A stretch of 64,000 nucleotides of DNA from Octopus sinensis (GCF_006345805.1 NC_043008.1:60760001-60824000); one strand, 5' to 3'. Shown: positions 13,957 through 26,333, counted from the first letter of the stretch. Made by a program: numbers and translations. The notes: generated by a model from the letters alone, not told the origin.

Positions 13957-14372
13957 AGGCGGCGAGCTGGCAGAAACGTTAGCACGCCGGGCGAAATGCG
14001 TAGTCTTATTTCCTCTGCTGTTACGTTCTGAGTTCAAATTCCGCCGAGGTCGACTTTGCCTTTCATCCATTCGGGGTCGATAAATTAAGTACCAGTTATG
14101 CACTGGGGTAGATGTAATCGACTTAATACCTATGTCTGTCCTTGTTTGTTCCCTCTGTGTTTAGCCCCTTGTGGGTAATAAAGAAATAGGTATTTCGTCT
14201 GCCGTTACGTTCTGAGTTCAAATTCCGCCGAAGTCGACTTTGCCTTTCATTCTTTCGGGGTCGATTAAATAACTACCAGTTACCCACTGGAGTCAATATA
14301 ATTGACTTAATTCGTTTGTCTGTCCTTGTTTGTCCTCTCTGTGTTTAGCCTCTTGTGGGTAGTAAAGAAATA
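13957..14372 (+). mobile_element. SINE family A dimer with 16-bp TSD
   Basis: TSD GGTAATTCATACAAAA at 13941-13956 and 14373-14388; second unit begins TATTTCGTCTGCCG at ~14192. Confidence 0.95.
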
Positions 14373-15312
14373 GGTAATTCATACAAAAGTATTCAAGGGT
14401 AGGGTGACCACGGTTGGAATATTTCTGCTGGATCAATGTTAAGCTCTGACCTAGGAGAGACCCAGGGTTAGGCATATACAACAATTACAGAATATTTTAT
14501 TGTAGACCAATTGTTTATTACTGACATAAAACCAAAAGTTGTTCCCACCAGAACCATTTCAACATAAAAGGCTTGCTAGATAAAAATAGATTGTAGAAAG
14601 TGTTGTTGCTTTTCCCAAGGCGGCACAGACTAAGTTAAGAGCGATTTGGCTGTTATTTTCCACACATCAGGCATCAGATAAAAGCTTTGAATAAAATAAT
14701 TATTGAGCTGCTGTTGTGGTTTAACCCTAGGTTAGTGCACACCAAGCAGACAGATTTAAATGTAAATTTATATTTATGACCTTCCCAACTTTTAGTGTAC
14801 ATAGCAGAAACTAATATTACACACACACTCTCACACACACACACACACACACACACACATTCTGACGATGCCGGACGACTGAGAAACTTCGGCTTCAACA
14901 TTCATACATCTTTTTTTTAATATATTTTCTATTCTGCATACATCATGAGTTCGTTTTCGGTTAAAGAATTGTCATCTTTCACTGTTTACTGATCATGCAC
15001 CCTAATGCGTATCTATGTATCTGTATCTGTGTGTATGTGTGTGGTGTGTGGTGTGTGTGTGTATGTTTGCTTCAGTCATGTCACTGCGGCCATACTGGAG
15101 CATCGCCTTCAAAGTGTTCTCCGGTCACACCGAATCCAATACTTAACTTAGTATGGTGCTTGCTTCTACCTTCATTCGTAGAACGAAGATAAAGTAAGAA
15201 GACAAAGAAGCACAGCATAAGCACAATCTTCTAGAAGAGTGAGGCGTAAACACGTACATATGCATGTAAGCATGGAAGTATACATCAGTATATACGTGAG
15301 TGTGTATGTGTT

Positions 15313-15350
<38 letters not shown>

Positions 15351-15624
15351 TGTATAAAATACTCAGAAGATATATAACTGGACGACCTGACATGAGAGTA
15401 GTGGAATATATTGTACAAATAGCCACGCAGTGAGATTGAACCAGGGCTATTTCATCAACTAACGTTTATACAAAGGCATCTGCATAAAGATAAACATACA
15501 TGTGCGTATATATGAGTATATATGAGTGCATATATACTATTTACATATACCCGTGTATTAACGTATTAATAAAGTTACATGCATAAGTATAATACATATA
15601 TATAATATATATATATATATATAT

Positions 15625-15996
15625 CCGTAATAATGAAGGGTGATTATTAATTTGGAAAAAATCATTGCACCAAGTAGTCTTTCGGCATGTAAAAGCCTCA
15701 TTCGGAGGAAAATTTAAGTAATACTAAGCAATAAGGTTTAGCAACGAGTTGCCTTACCACATACCGAATTTAGAAATAGCAGTAAAGGGTTATAGCTATT
15801 TCTTCTACTAAAAAGGGAGATCTCATAAAAACGCATTTGGAAGGCAGACACAAACAGGTTTGTGTCTGCCTTCCAAATGCTGTTTTTACTGAGATCTCCC
15901 TTTTTAGTAGAAGAAATGCTATAACCTTTGACTGCTATTTCTAAATTCGGTATGTTGTAAGGCAACTCGTTGCTAAACCCTTATTGCTTAGTATTA
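15625..15996. mobile_element. (TA)n-flanked foldback element: ~278-bp palindrome plus HHR-like motif
   Basis: Arms 15719-15855 and 15858-15996 are nearly perfect reverse complements with a 2-nt loop; minus-strand CCGAATGA-GGC..GCC-GAAAGACTA at 15675-15705. Confidence 0.8.
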
Positions 15997-16001
15997 TATA
16001 T

Positions 16002-16037
<36 letters not shown>

Positions 16038-16104
16038 GGCATGTGCGTATAAGCTTACATTCATACACAATGTATAGGGGTAAATTACAAATATAACCTT
16101 TTAT

Positions 16105-16400
16105 TTTTTACTGGCTTCAGTCATTAAACTGCGGCTATGCTGGGGCAACGCGTTGAAGAATTTTAGTGGAAATACTCGTCAACCAGTGCTTGTTATTTTA
16201 TCTTGTTTTATTTTATATTTTATTTTTTGTAGACCCTCATATTTATTTTGTCAATCTCTCTTGCCGAACCGCAATTGTTACGGGTACGTAAGCACACAAG
16301 CTCTGGATGTCAAAACGGTGGCGGTGGCGGTGGGGTGGGGTGGGTGGTGAACCAAGAAAAATACAAAGACTAACCCAAACATATACATACATCGTGTGTG

Positions 16401-16441
<41 letters not shown>

Positions 16442-16547
16442 CAATGGCCTTAAAAGACACAATACGCGCGAAGGTGCCATGCAGTGCGATTGAACCCGGA
16501 AACATGCGGTTGAGAAGCAAGCTTCTTAACACAGCCAGGCCTGCGCC
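16105..16547 (-). mobile_element. SINE family B, degenerate
   Basis: Tail ACTGGCTTCAGTCATTAAACTGCGGCTATGCTGG and head ...CACAGCCAGGCCTGCGCC. Confidence 0.7.
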
Positions 16548-16648
16548 GATGATTATATATGTATTTATATTTATGCAACAACACACACATACATGTATGT
16601 ATGTATGTATGTATATATATGTATGTGTATATATATATATATATATAT

Positions 16649-16682
<34 letters not shown>

Positions 16683-17009
16683 GCATATATACTTACGTAT
16701 ATAAGTTTATAAGTACACACACACACACGCACACACACATATATACACACCACACGCACATACACATGCACAAACCTATCTATTTGTGTATATATGTGTG
16801 TGGGTTTTGTAAATAATTAGTTTTATTATATTCATAATGAGCGTATTAACAGGATGAAATTAATTGGTGTATGTAGGTGTTTATGAAACTTTCCGGCACT
16901 ACTCCGAGTTCGTAGGTACGGTTTCAAGCAGGAAACCCGTAACCGTGTTTTCCATTTGGGAATAACTAAGAATATACATATTAACGACACGAAGAAGCAG
17001 AAGAAGAAG

Positions 17010-17263
17010 AAGAACAACAACAACAACAGCAGCAATAACAACAACATACACATATACGTATGTGTTTGTATGCATAAGATATATATATATATACATACAT
17101 ACATACATATATACATACATATATATATATATATATACACACATACATACATATATATATATATATATACATACATATATATATATATATACACATACAT
17201 ACATATACACATACATACATATATATATATATACACCATACATATATATATATATATATACAC

Positions 17264-17298
<35 letters not shown>

Positions 17299-17396
17299 CA
17301 CATACATACATATATATATACCACACATACATACATATATAATATTCATACATATACACACACACACGCATATAATATATATATATATATATATAT

Positions 17397-17468
<72 letters not shown>

Positions 17469-17470
17469 GG
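17010..17470. repeat. Compound (GAA/CAA)/(AT)/(AC) microsatellite
   Basis: Directly visible; source of several spurious ORFs. Confidence 0.9.
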
Positions 17471-18260
17471 TATGTACATGGGGAGAGAAATGGGTGAGTG
17501 GAGAGGAGATGGCGATCGGCAGAGAGCTATGTGTGCGACCATCAATGATGCGTGCGTGTCGGAATACATGTATGTGTATATATACATATATATATATATA
17601 TAAATGCAAGTGTGCGCCTGTGTGAACCTGTTTAATTATTTCTTAGTCTTTTATGCCGATATGTGACCTGTGGTTGTATTGCTGTACGGAATGAAACAAT
17701 AAATGCGTATTGTTGCTCTCCATGAGAATATGTTGTTTCCTTGTTGTTGCTGGTGTTGTGGTGACTTAGTGTTAAGTGACTCCAAGTAAATCTATGATCA
17801 AAGGCATTCCAGTCCGGACCATCCTCCCTGAATGTCCTTTTTGTATTTGTTTTTTTTTATATTTCTATAGGTATGTAGGAATATGTATTATCCATATATC
17901 TTTATCATTTTAAAGGGGATCGGTTGTAGCGTGCGAGAGAGTTTTGACTGCTGTTTCTAGCATGGCTCTCCTGGTGACTTATGTAAGGGACTTAAAGTCA
18001 GTGGTAAAGATTTATTGACAATGTTTCTATTCTTCTTTCTATCGATGCTGTTTTGTTGTAGTTGTTGTTGTTTGAGCCTAAGTCAGCCGTGATTAAGCAG
18101 ACCTATTATTGAAGACAATCTAACCACGACCATCCCATCATTTTTCTAGTATACTGAACCCTCAAACTGCCTATTTTTAATGTTTCTTTTACAATGATAC
18201 TAAGGTGTAGTCCGTGGAGATCTGGTTACTATTTCCAACCGGACCTTTTTTTTTTCTTTT

Positions 18261-18565
18261 AAATATATCTTAAAATCTATCACACACTATGCCCTTCCAT
18301 TTGTTAACACAGTGAGGTTTTAGTTAAAGGAGATCTGGCTGCTACTTCTAGCATGCTGAGCCACCACATACAAGCTATCTGGTTATTGTGGGGCTGTGGT
18401 TGTTTTTTTGTTTTTTTCCTGTTAAATATATCTTAGAATCACACAATATGTCCTTCCATTTGTTCACACAGTGATGTTTAATTTAAAAGATCCTGGCTGC
18501 TACTTCTAGCATGCTGAGTCACCACATACAGGCTATCTGGTTGTTTTGGGGCTGTGGTTGTTTTG
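18261..18565. repeat. ~163-bp direct tandem duplication of a dispersed repeat (family E)
   Basis: Units at 18261 and 18424 share CTGGCTGCTACTTCTAGCATGCTGAG; related ...CTG(C/T)(C/T)ATTTCTAGC... motifs occur at ~7990, ~13860(-) and ~17950. Confidence 0.8.
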
Positions 18566-18913
18566 CTACTACAGCTGTTAATGCCGTCACTAGTCAAGCA
18601 GGGTAATCTGACATTTCGATTGGTCCTTTCCTGTCTCCCGCACCTCCTATTGGGTCACAAAACCCTTTCTACATATTATATCTGTAGGTCTCCCTCCCTT
18701 TCCCACTCATAATTTCGTAACCCCCTATACAGCGACGTCTGTGTTCCTCCCGTATTGTTCCTCACCGCTGCCCTTATGTCAGCATTTAATAGACGGACGG
18801 AATCATAAGTCAGTTACGTAGTTACGGTTCATTACGTCATGCGTTCAAATCCTGTAGAGGTCATCATTGAATTTTCTGTTTCCAAAATAAAATACCAGTC
18901 ATGTACGGAAATT

Positions 18914-19013
18914 NNNNNNNNNNNNNNNNNNNNNNNNNNNNNNNNNNNNNNNNNNNNNNNNNNNNNNNNNNNNNNNNNNNNNNNNNNNNNNNNNNNNNNN
19001 NNNNNNNNNNNNN
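18914..19013. other. Assembly gap (100 N)
   Basis: Run of N. Confidence 1.
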
Positions 19014-19087
19014 GTGCTCTGCGTCACTCCGACCCCTGACGTGCACCTTTCCGGGCGACGTCGTTAAATGTTCAGCAAAACATTAGG

Positions 19088-19706
19088 CAGTGAAACAAAA
19101 TCACAGATTTTGTGAGGAAAGCTTACCATACTTATTTTGGGATGGAACTGGGTGATCAAGACAAAGCCTTGGTACGCCATATTGTGTGTAAAACATGAGT
19201 CGAAACACTGAAACAGTGACTGTTTCAAATACTTAAGCAGAAAGTTCCCAGGTCTGTCGTGTGAGAAAATTAATATTGGTGTCTTTGATGGGGCACAGAT
19301 TAGGCAGCTATTGTAGAACGAGCAGATTTTGGAGACTATGTCTCGCGTTCAAAAAGACGTATAGAATGCTTTTGCTGCAGTTGTGTATGGTTTCCTGAAA
19401 AAGAGGAAGTAATCATATTATGAAGAACTTGTGCAGATCCTATTAACGAGTTTTCGAGCTCTGGGCCGCAACATGAGTGTAAAAGTGTATTTCCTGCACA
19501 GTCAACTGGACTATCTCCCTGGAAATAATAGTGGAATAAATGATGAGCAAGGAGAAGGATTCCACGAAAACATCAAAACCATGGAAACTAGGCATCAAGG
19601 CGGGTAGAACAGAAATACGATGGTTGACTAATGCTGGTGTCTGCAAAGAGCCTATTGTGATGTAAGTTATTCACGCAAAGTAGCAAAGGTAAAGTTCACT
19701 CCATGA
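19088..19706 (+). pseudogene. Chapaev3-type (CMC) transposase relic
   Basis: Translates KITDFVRKAYHTYFGMELGDQDKALVRHIVCKT* and YYEELVQILLTSFRALGRNMSVKVYFLHSQLDYLPGNNSGINDEQGEGFHENIKTMETRHQGG*NRNTMVD*CWCL. These match the recalled GDQDKxWAPH and HFLHSHLDFFPENLGAVSDEQGERFHQDI motifs; multiple stops and an internal deletion. Confidence 0.85.
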
Positions 19707-19992
19707 GAAACTCGAGTTTGACAGAGATATCTATCCTAAGTTGTGTAATTAAAAACTTTGTGTAATATATTTGTTAAATAATAAAAGTAATATTTGGTTC
19801 ACGTTAGTTTCTTATTTCAGTATTGCATTTAATAGCAAAATTGAAATTCTTTTGAAAAAAAAAAAAAATATTTTACAAAAGACTTAGGTGACAGAAAATT
19901 TCTGTGGGTATTTCTGAATCCAGCAATCAACTTAGGTAAGATTAACTGTAAAAAGCATGACAAACGCTTTTTTTCGAAAATGTCTCTCAGTG
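19088..19992 (+). mobile_element. Chapaev3-like DNA transposon, 3' portion
   Basis: Transposase relic plus 3' terminus ...GAAAATGTCTCTCAGTG followed by TTA (TWA-type TSD); the 5' end is not visible next to the gap. Confidence 0.7.
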
Positions 19993-21252
19993 TTAATAGT
20001 AAAATAATAGAAGGCACTGACCAGCCTTATTATTTACAGACAAACAGTGGATATACTTATTGAGATAGTACACTGTAAAAAAAAAATATTAAAAAAAATT
20101 CACGTGATAGAGTATTGAAATCAGCATGCTAATTTTAGTCTGAATTAAGTGAAAAAACACTCAACAAGAATTACTTTCAAAATTGTTCCCCTGTGTCACT
20201 AGAGCAGCTTTTAATTCGTAATTTAATTTTCGAGTACGTATATATATATATTTCTAAACATATACAAGCATGCCTTAATACACACATATGCATATCTACA
20301 CGTCTGTGTGCACATGTACGTACATGTATGTGTATACACATATGTGTATAAATGTGCACATATGTATCTACACGTATGCGTATACGTGTCTACATGTATG
20401 TGTACACATGTATCTACACGTATATGTGCGCATGTATATACACGTATATACACATATATACACAATGCTAATATGCAAAAATATACACATATGCTTGTAC
20501 TTATATAACTTTACATAAATACATAGATATAAAGATAAGCATATATCTTTATATCTATACATAGATATAAAGATATATAAATAAATAAATATATACAAAG
20601 ATAGGTATATAAATATATACATAGATATAAAGATATGCAAATATATGCATACATATATATGTATATACATATATATGTATATATATAGAGACGGTAACGC
20701 TTGTTGAATCTACGCTCCCGAAAATTAAGAAAATTGCAAACAGAAAATTTTAATCGTCTCTGTTCTGTCATAAATAATTTTGAAAACAACACGATGTCTG
20801 AGAAAAAAGTGAAAGAACGAATCACACGGGAGCATTCTCTTGGAATAACTTGCTTCAACACTAAACTCAGATGAACCCATGTCTGCGTTTTTGGAAATCA
20901 GTACAATATATCAGAAAACCAAACGTCCCAGATCCACTGAACTTCATTTAGATCGTAAAATTGATCGACAGATTTTGTTTACGTATTTGTAGCAGATCGT
21001 TAAATTCGAGTAGCTATTTTTGGGTTTTCTTTTCTGTATAAATGCAAATCAGCAACATATTTTAAAGTATAGATTGTGCTCCTAAACCTTGACATTACGT
21101 GTTTATATATGTTTGTGTATCCATAATTTTTCGTAATTCTCTTGCAAAAGGTTTTATATGAAATGGGAAGAACTAACAACAATACAAATTCTATCCTTCC
21201 TGTCTTCCATCCCTCCTCTCTCATATACATACATACACCCATACATATACAG

Positions 21253-21295
<43 letters not shown>

Positions 21296-21371
21296 TAGAT
21301 ATGTTTCGACCAAAGATTGGTCCAGGCCATGTCTAACTTGATAGCACCAATAAACACGAATCGGTTACGTC

Positions 21372-21587
21372 TCACTACAGCTGTTTCAAGCGCATTTTTA
21401 TTTTTTGAAAATTTGATTATATTATAAAAAAGCTGTTAACTTGAGGTGAATTCAAAAGTTAAAATTTAGTTCAGAGAAAAGAAAACACCATTTTAAAAAA
21501 TGTTTTAATTCACCTGAAGAGAATAGTTATTTTCATGCTGCAATCGAAAGATTCATCAATAAAATGCATCTGAAACAGCTGTAGTGA
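21372..21587. mobile_element. MITE with 17-bp perfect TIRs (TCACTACAGCTGTTTCA)
   Basis: 21372-21388 pairs with 21571-21587; the imperfect TIR extension and inner AGGTGAATT/AATTCACCT also pair. Confidence 0.75.
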
Positions 21588-23958
21588 ACCTTACCCCATT
21601 GATTTTCTTTGTATGTAAACATCATACCTGGATCTGGAACTTAGATTAGATCACGAAACTACATGCCGGTGTGCATGTATATGTAAGTGTATGAATATGC
21701 TCGTATATGTATGGGCATATAACAGTGTGTTTGTATATGGCATATGCACGGATGTGTAGATCTCGATACTCGCTTAGCGTCCTGAATATTGAAATACCCA
21801 ATAAAAATGGAAAATGGTTATACACACACACACACACCACACACACCCACGCACGCACACACTCACACACATCATCATCATCTATAGATGTCGCTCAGTT
21901 CTCAGAATATTTTTTTACCTAAACCACCAAACTTTTCCTTCTCTTTTTCCAGATCTACTAATAGAAATTTTGTAAATTGAATCTTCCCCAAATCTCCATT
22001 CCCTCAGGCTACTTCCTCTATAACTCTTACCTCCTCTTCTTTGTAACCCTCTGTCTCCCTCTGTTCCACAAATGTTTTCTTTCTTCCTCACTCACGCTCT
22101 CTTCTCTGTTTCAACTAACACGCCCTTCTCCCCTCGGCTCATCTGTACCGTTCTCTTCAAATGGCACTACGCTCTTCCGTCTCATATCCCCATCTTTCGT
22201 TAGCTTTCTCCCTGTCCCACGAACCAAACGCGCAAGCACACCAACACATCGAAAAAAGAAGTAACGATCGAAATTATTGAGAACATTAGAAAATGACCGA
22301 GATATAATTACTCCTATGGACGTCGGTCATTGCAGAATATGATTGACACACTGATCTAATTGCGGCAGCCCTGTAAAGCAATGGATTCATTAGAGCCACA
22401 GCACAAATAGGAAGCAAGTTAAACCTTCTTATGCACTTTTAAAGCCAAACTTGGACATGTATACCACCATTAAAAATGTCGAAGCGCCAAGTGAACCGAA
22501 TTCGGAGCTCCGATCAGAAAACTTGACAGGGAGGAAAGTACCACCTCAACCAGCTCTGCACTCAAAAGGGAGGAGGGGAAAAGGCGCAAAAGAAAAAGAA
22601 ATTTAGCTCCAAGTCACTTCATAATCCTATCTAAAAGAAACGGTGGGGTAAAAGGAAATGGCCAGAAGACTATAAAAGCAGGAAATGAAGCCAAAACTAA
22701 AAGAAACTAAGGCCAAAAGCACAAAGTTAACCTAATGACTGCGCGAAATCTCACCCACCCCTCAGAAAGGCATATTCAGGGATCGAAAATAATCTCAGAC
22801 TATCATGAAAAACTAAGTTGTGTATTAAGCGATCTATTTCTTCCTTGTCTCATAAAGAAACTCCCGTATGGGGGAGCAATATTTTTGCATTCCTTGCAGG
22901 AACAAATTTCGTATCGCATGAGCAATTTTTTCATGCATACTGTATGTCTTGCATAAAGAGAATTTATTTTTTGAGAGTCTATTTTTGAACCGATTGCGAA
23001 TCAGCCTTATCGAATAACAGGCTGGAAAGAGATTGGGTGAATCCTGTGTGGTGTTCGTCTTTGAGTAGTTACGGACCACACATCGTTAATTCTATTATTT
23101 TGTAGAATGAGAGAATCTTTGTCGTCAACTTCCCTTTCTGATAAAGTTCCACTCTGATTGTTTTAGCTTTGTTAACAGTCCGGATATTTATTGATCAAAC
23201 CACATATATATACATACAGAAAGAGGGAGAGAGAGAGCGAGAGCGTGTGTGTAAAAATGTACACACACACATACACATATGCTCTCACATACATACCCAC
23301 GACCGGCCTCCACTCAGGTGCCGTCAGACACATTCAGTCATAAGGCATCGGGCGGTTTGTGTCTATAAAATAGCAAAGTGAACCCGAAACCACATCATTT
23401 CGGCGTGAGCATCTGAAACTTCCTAATATATTTGATTATTGTAAGAAATGACTCACGCTAAAATGAGTGTAATATTTGTAGATACATTTATTCTAAAAGG
23501 AGGATTATACTAGATATGTTTTTTGTAGTTTTTTGCGTTTAATATTACTTGATGTAATTCGCTCCGTCTATTTCAGCTTGCGAAAACTATATTTAGCTAA
23601 AGAACTAATGCAGTTTAGGAGTTCTTGATTTTTCGAGAGCCGAGTACCAGATTAAGAATTAGTGAAAATCCAAAGAGCAGCATGTGGTAGAAGCTGAAGC
23701 AATTCGTTACACATACATACACACACTCACACGTCTGTGTATAATGTCTATGTGCATGTAGCTTTACTCTATTTTTGTATTGGACAACATCCATGAGAGT
23801 GTGCGGCTTTTAATGGTTTTGGTCACTCATTTCAGATCTGTAGGATATTTAGCAGGGTCGCTCACTGTCAACGTCACCTTCATCATCTTTAATGCCTGCT
23901 CGTTTTTAGTAGTTTTATATCATACACCACCATCTGCGGCTTTCTTGTGTTGTAATCA

Positions 23959-24362
23959 TACTCTTTTCTCTTTTACTTGTTTCAGTCATGTGACTGTGGC
24001 CATGCTGGAGCGCCGTCTTTTGTCGAGCAAATCGATTCCAGGACTTATTCTTTGTAAGCCTAGTACCTATTCTATCGGTCCATTTTGCCGAACCGCTAAT
24101 GTTACGGTGACGTAAACACTCCAGCATCGGTTGTCACGCGATGTTGGGGGTACAAACACAGACACACAAACATACATATGCATATATATACATATATACG
24201 ACGGGCTTCTTTTAGTTTCCGTCTACCAAATCCACTCACAAAGCTTTGGTTGGCCCGAGGCTATAGTAGAAGACACCTGCCCAAGGTGCCACGCAGTGGG
24301 ACTGAACCCGAAACCATATTGTTGGTAAACAAGCTACTTACCACACGGTCACTCCTACACCT
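23959..24362 (-). mobile_element. SINE family B, full length
   Basis: Complete colinear match to the other B copies. Confidence 0.93.
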
Positions 24363-24562
24363 ATAAATTAAGCGTATTTTAAAGTCTGTACGGTTGTTGA
24401 TATTATCCATCCACGAAAATTCATGTTTGTTTTGTTCGTCTTCCTTTTCACTTTGCCCTACTTTAACATTCGCAGTAATTCATTTTTCTATTCTAGTTAA
24501 AGATCCAATTTTCAGTATTCTTTGGTTGATGGTGTATCTTATTAATAAGTTCATACCATTTA

Positions 24563-24748
24563 AGGCGGTGAGCTGGTAGAATCATTTTCACGCCGGACAA
24601 AATGCTAAGCAGCATTTCGTCCGTCTTTACTGCCTGTATTAAAATTTCCGCCGAGATCTAATTTGCCTTTCATCCTTTCGGATTCGGTATAAGTACCAGT
24701 TGAATACTGGAGTCGAAATTGCTGGCCTAGCGCCAAAATTTGAAATCA
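24563..24748 (+). mobile_element. SINE family A, degenerate
   Basis: AAGGCGGTGAGCTGGTAGAATC head and TTTGCCTTTCATCCTTTCGG body. Confidence 0.8.
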
Positions 24749-24764
24749 AAATTTTCTTACCATA

Positions 24765-25177
24765 GGCGCAGGAGTGGCTGTGTGGTAAGTATCTTGCTTA
24801 CCAACCACATGGTTCCGTGTTCATTCCCACTGCATGGCACCTTGGGCAAGTGTATTCAACTATAGCCTCGGGCCGACCAAAGCCTTGTGAGTGGATTTGG
24901 TAGACGGAAACTGAAAGAAGACCGTCGTATATATGTATATATACGTATGTTTTTGTGTCTGCGTTTGTCTCCCCCTCCCACCATCGCTTGACAATCGATG
25001 GTGATGCGTTTACGTCCCCGTAACTTATTGGTTCGGCATAAGAGACCGATAAAATAAGTACTAGGCTTACAAAGAATAAGTCCTTGGGTCTATTTGCTCG
25101 ACTAAAGGCGGTGCTCCAGCGTGGCCACAGTCAAATGACTGAAACAAGTAAAAGAGTAAAGGAGAGAGAGTAAAGAG
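24765..25177 (+). mobile_element. SINE family B, full length
   Basis: GGCGCAGGAGTGGCTGTGTGGTAAG head through the GAAACAAGTAAAAGAGTAAA tail. Confidence 0.93.
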
Positions 25178-25298
25178 TATTTGACACATTTAGCCCCTCG
25201 ATATGCGCTTCTTTTATCTCGATGATAATCTCAAAAGTGTTCTACATGCCCACATTTTCGGCGCATGAAATTTGATATTGTTGATGTTTATATTTCAG

Positions 25299-25373
25299 TT
25301 CCATATAACAACAACGAACCTTTCATAGCATTTCGTTCCTCTTTTACTGGTTTCATTATTAATGAATCTTCAT
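25299..25373 (+). CDS. Candidate 75-bp symmetric (phase 1-1) coding exon, xPYNNNEPFIAFRSSFTGFIINESS
   Basis: Acceptor TTTATATTTCAG, donor GTAAGT, length divisible by 3, only one frame open. Product not recognised. Confidence 0.5.
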
Positions 25374-26053
25374 GTAAGTATGTTTGACAGTTTTGTGATG
25401 AGTTTCCAGTTCTCTCAATCCTTTTGTTTTCATCGCATTTCTCGTATTCTAATGGCATATATTCCAGATATATATACAATCTTTGGTTTCTGTTCGATTG
25501 TCATATTTATTCTGGGTTCTGATCTTTGTTTTTATGATTGAGCTGTAGTCGTAAATAATGATGTTTATACAGAGTTTACAGGCTAAACAAAGCCTATTGA
25601 CTATACAGACTATAACGCAGAAAATTGACGTAGATTGACGGAAAAAGACGGAAAACCTCCAATACTAGGAGCAAACAGCTGTTGCTAGAATTAAACGTGG
25701 AGAAACCTCAACATAAAAATAAATTAATGAAGATCTTTGTTTAGCGTTTTTTTTAAAAATTAGACTGAGATCTGCAGAGAGGTTAGTGTTATTCCAAAAG
25801 TGTTATATAGGATATATGAGCATCAATATTTAAACAGAGAAAGAATGCTGCCTTAACTTTTATCATAGATAACCTACTGAAGATTATGACAGCAATAAAT
25901 GACAAAACTAATATCATATTGCTTGCAGACTAACAGCCATGTGAAGAAAATAAAATTTATTGTAATCAATAAAGAATGACATACAATCTGTCGGGTAATT
26001 ATTTTATGGGCTTCTTTTAATTCAATAGCAAAATTCCCACACACACACACACG

Positions 26054-26093
<40 letters not shown>

Positions 26094-26128
26094 GATAAGA
26101 AAGTTGGTTTGTGAAAGCACGTGGTTGA

Positions 26129-26319
26129 ATATATAGAAAATAGTAAAAAGAGAAAAAACTACAGAAGGCTAAACGCGAAACCGGTCTTTCTTCTAAATTA
26201 TGTCATTGTAAGAAAACAATTTATAATATCCTTCAGACATATTGACTTAAATATATATTCTTTAACCTTTTAAAACAAGCCTTCTGTAGTTTTTTCACTT
26301 TTTACTATTTTCTATATAT
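26129..26319. repeat. 42-bp inverted repeat overlapping a variant HHR-like motif
   Basis: 26129-26170 pairs with 26278-26319 (1 mismatch); CTACAGAA-GGC..GC-GAAACCGGTC at 26159-26186. Confidence 0.75.
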
Positions 26320-26333
26320 ATATATATATATAT

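Noticed and set aside
14862-14890. CTGACGA...GAAAC as an HHR
   Set aside because: No stem II or stem I pairing.
16832-17625. Overlapping YI/CV/HT-rich ORFs (and the many similar ones elsewhere)
   Set aside because: Microsatellite translation artefacts.
21514-21560. CTGAAGA...CGAAAG as an HHR
   Set aside because: No U16.1/H17 geometry or stem I; CTGAAGA overlaps the end of the MITE inner inverted repeat.
22860-23160. Possible Gypsy RNase H relic (PYGGAIFL...ILCGVRL*VVTDHTSL)
   Set aside because: Only short motif resemblance with stops; needs an HMM search.
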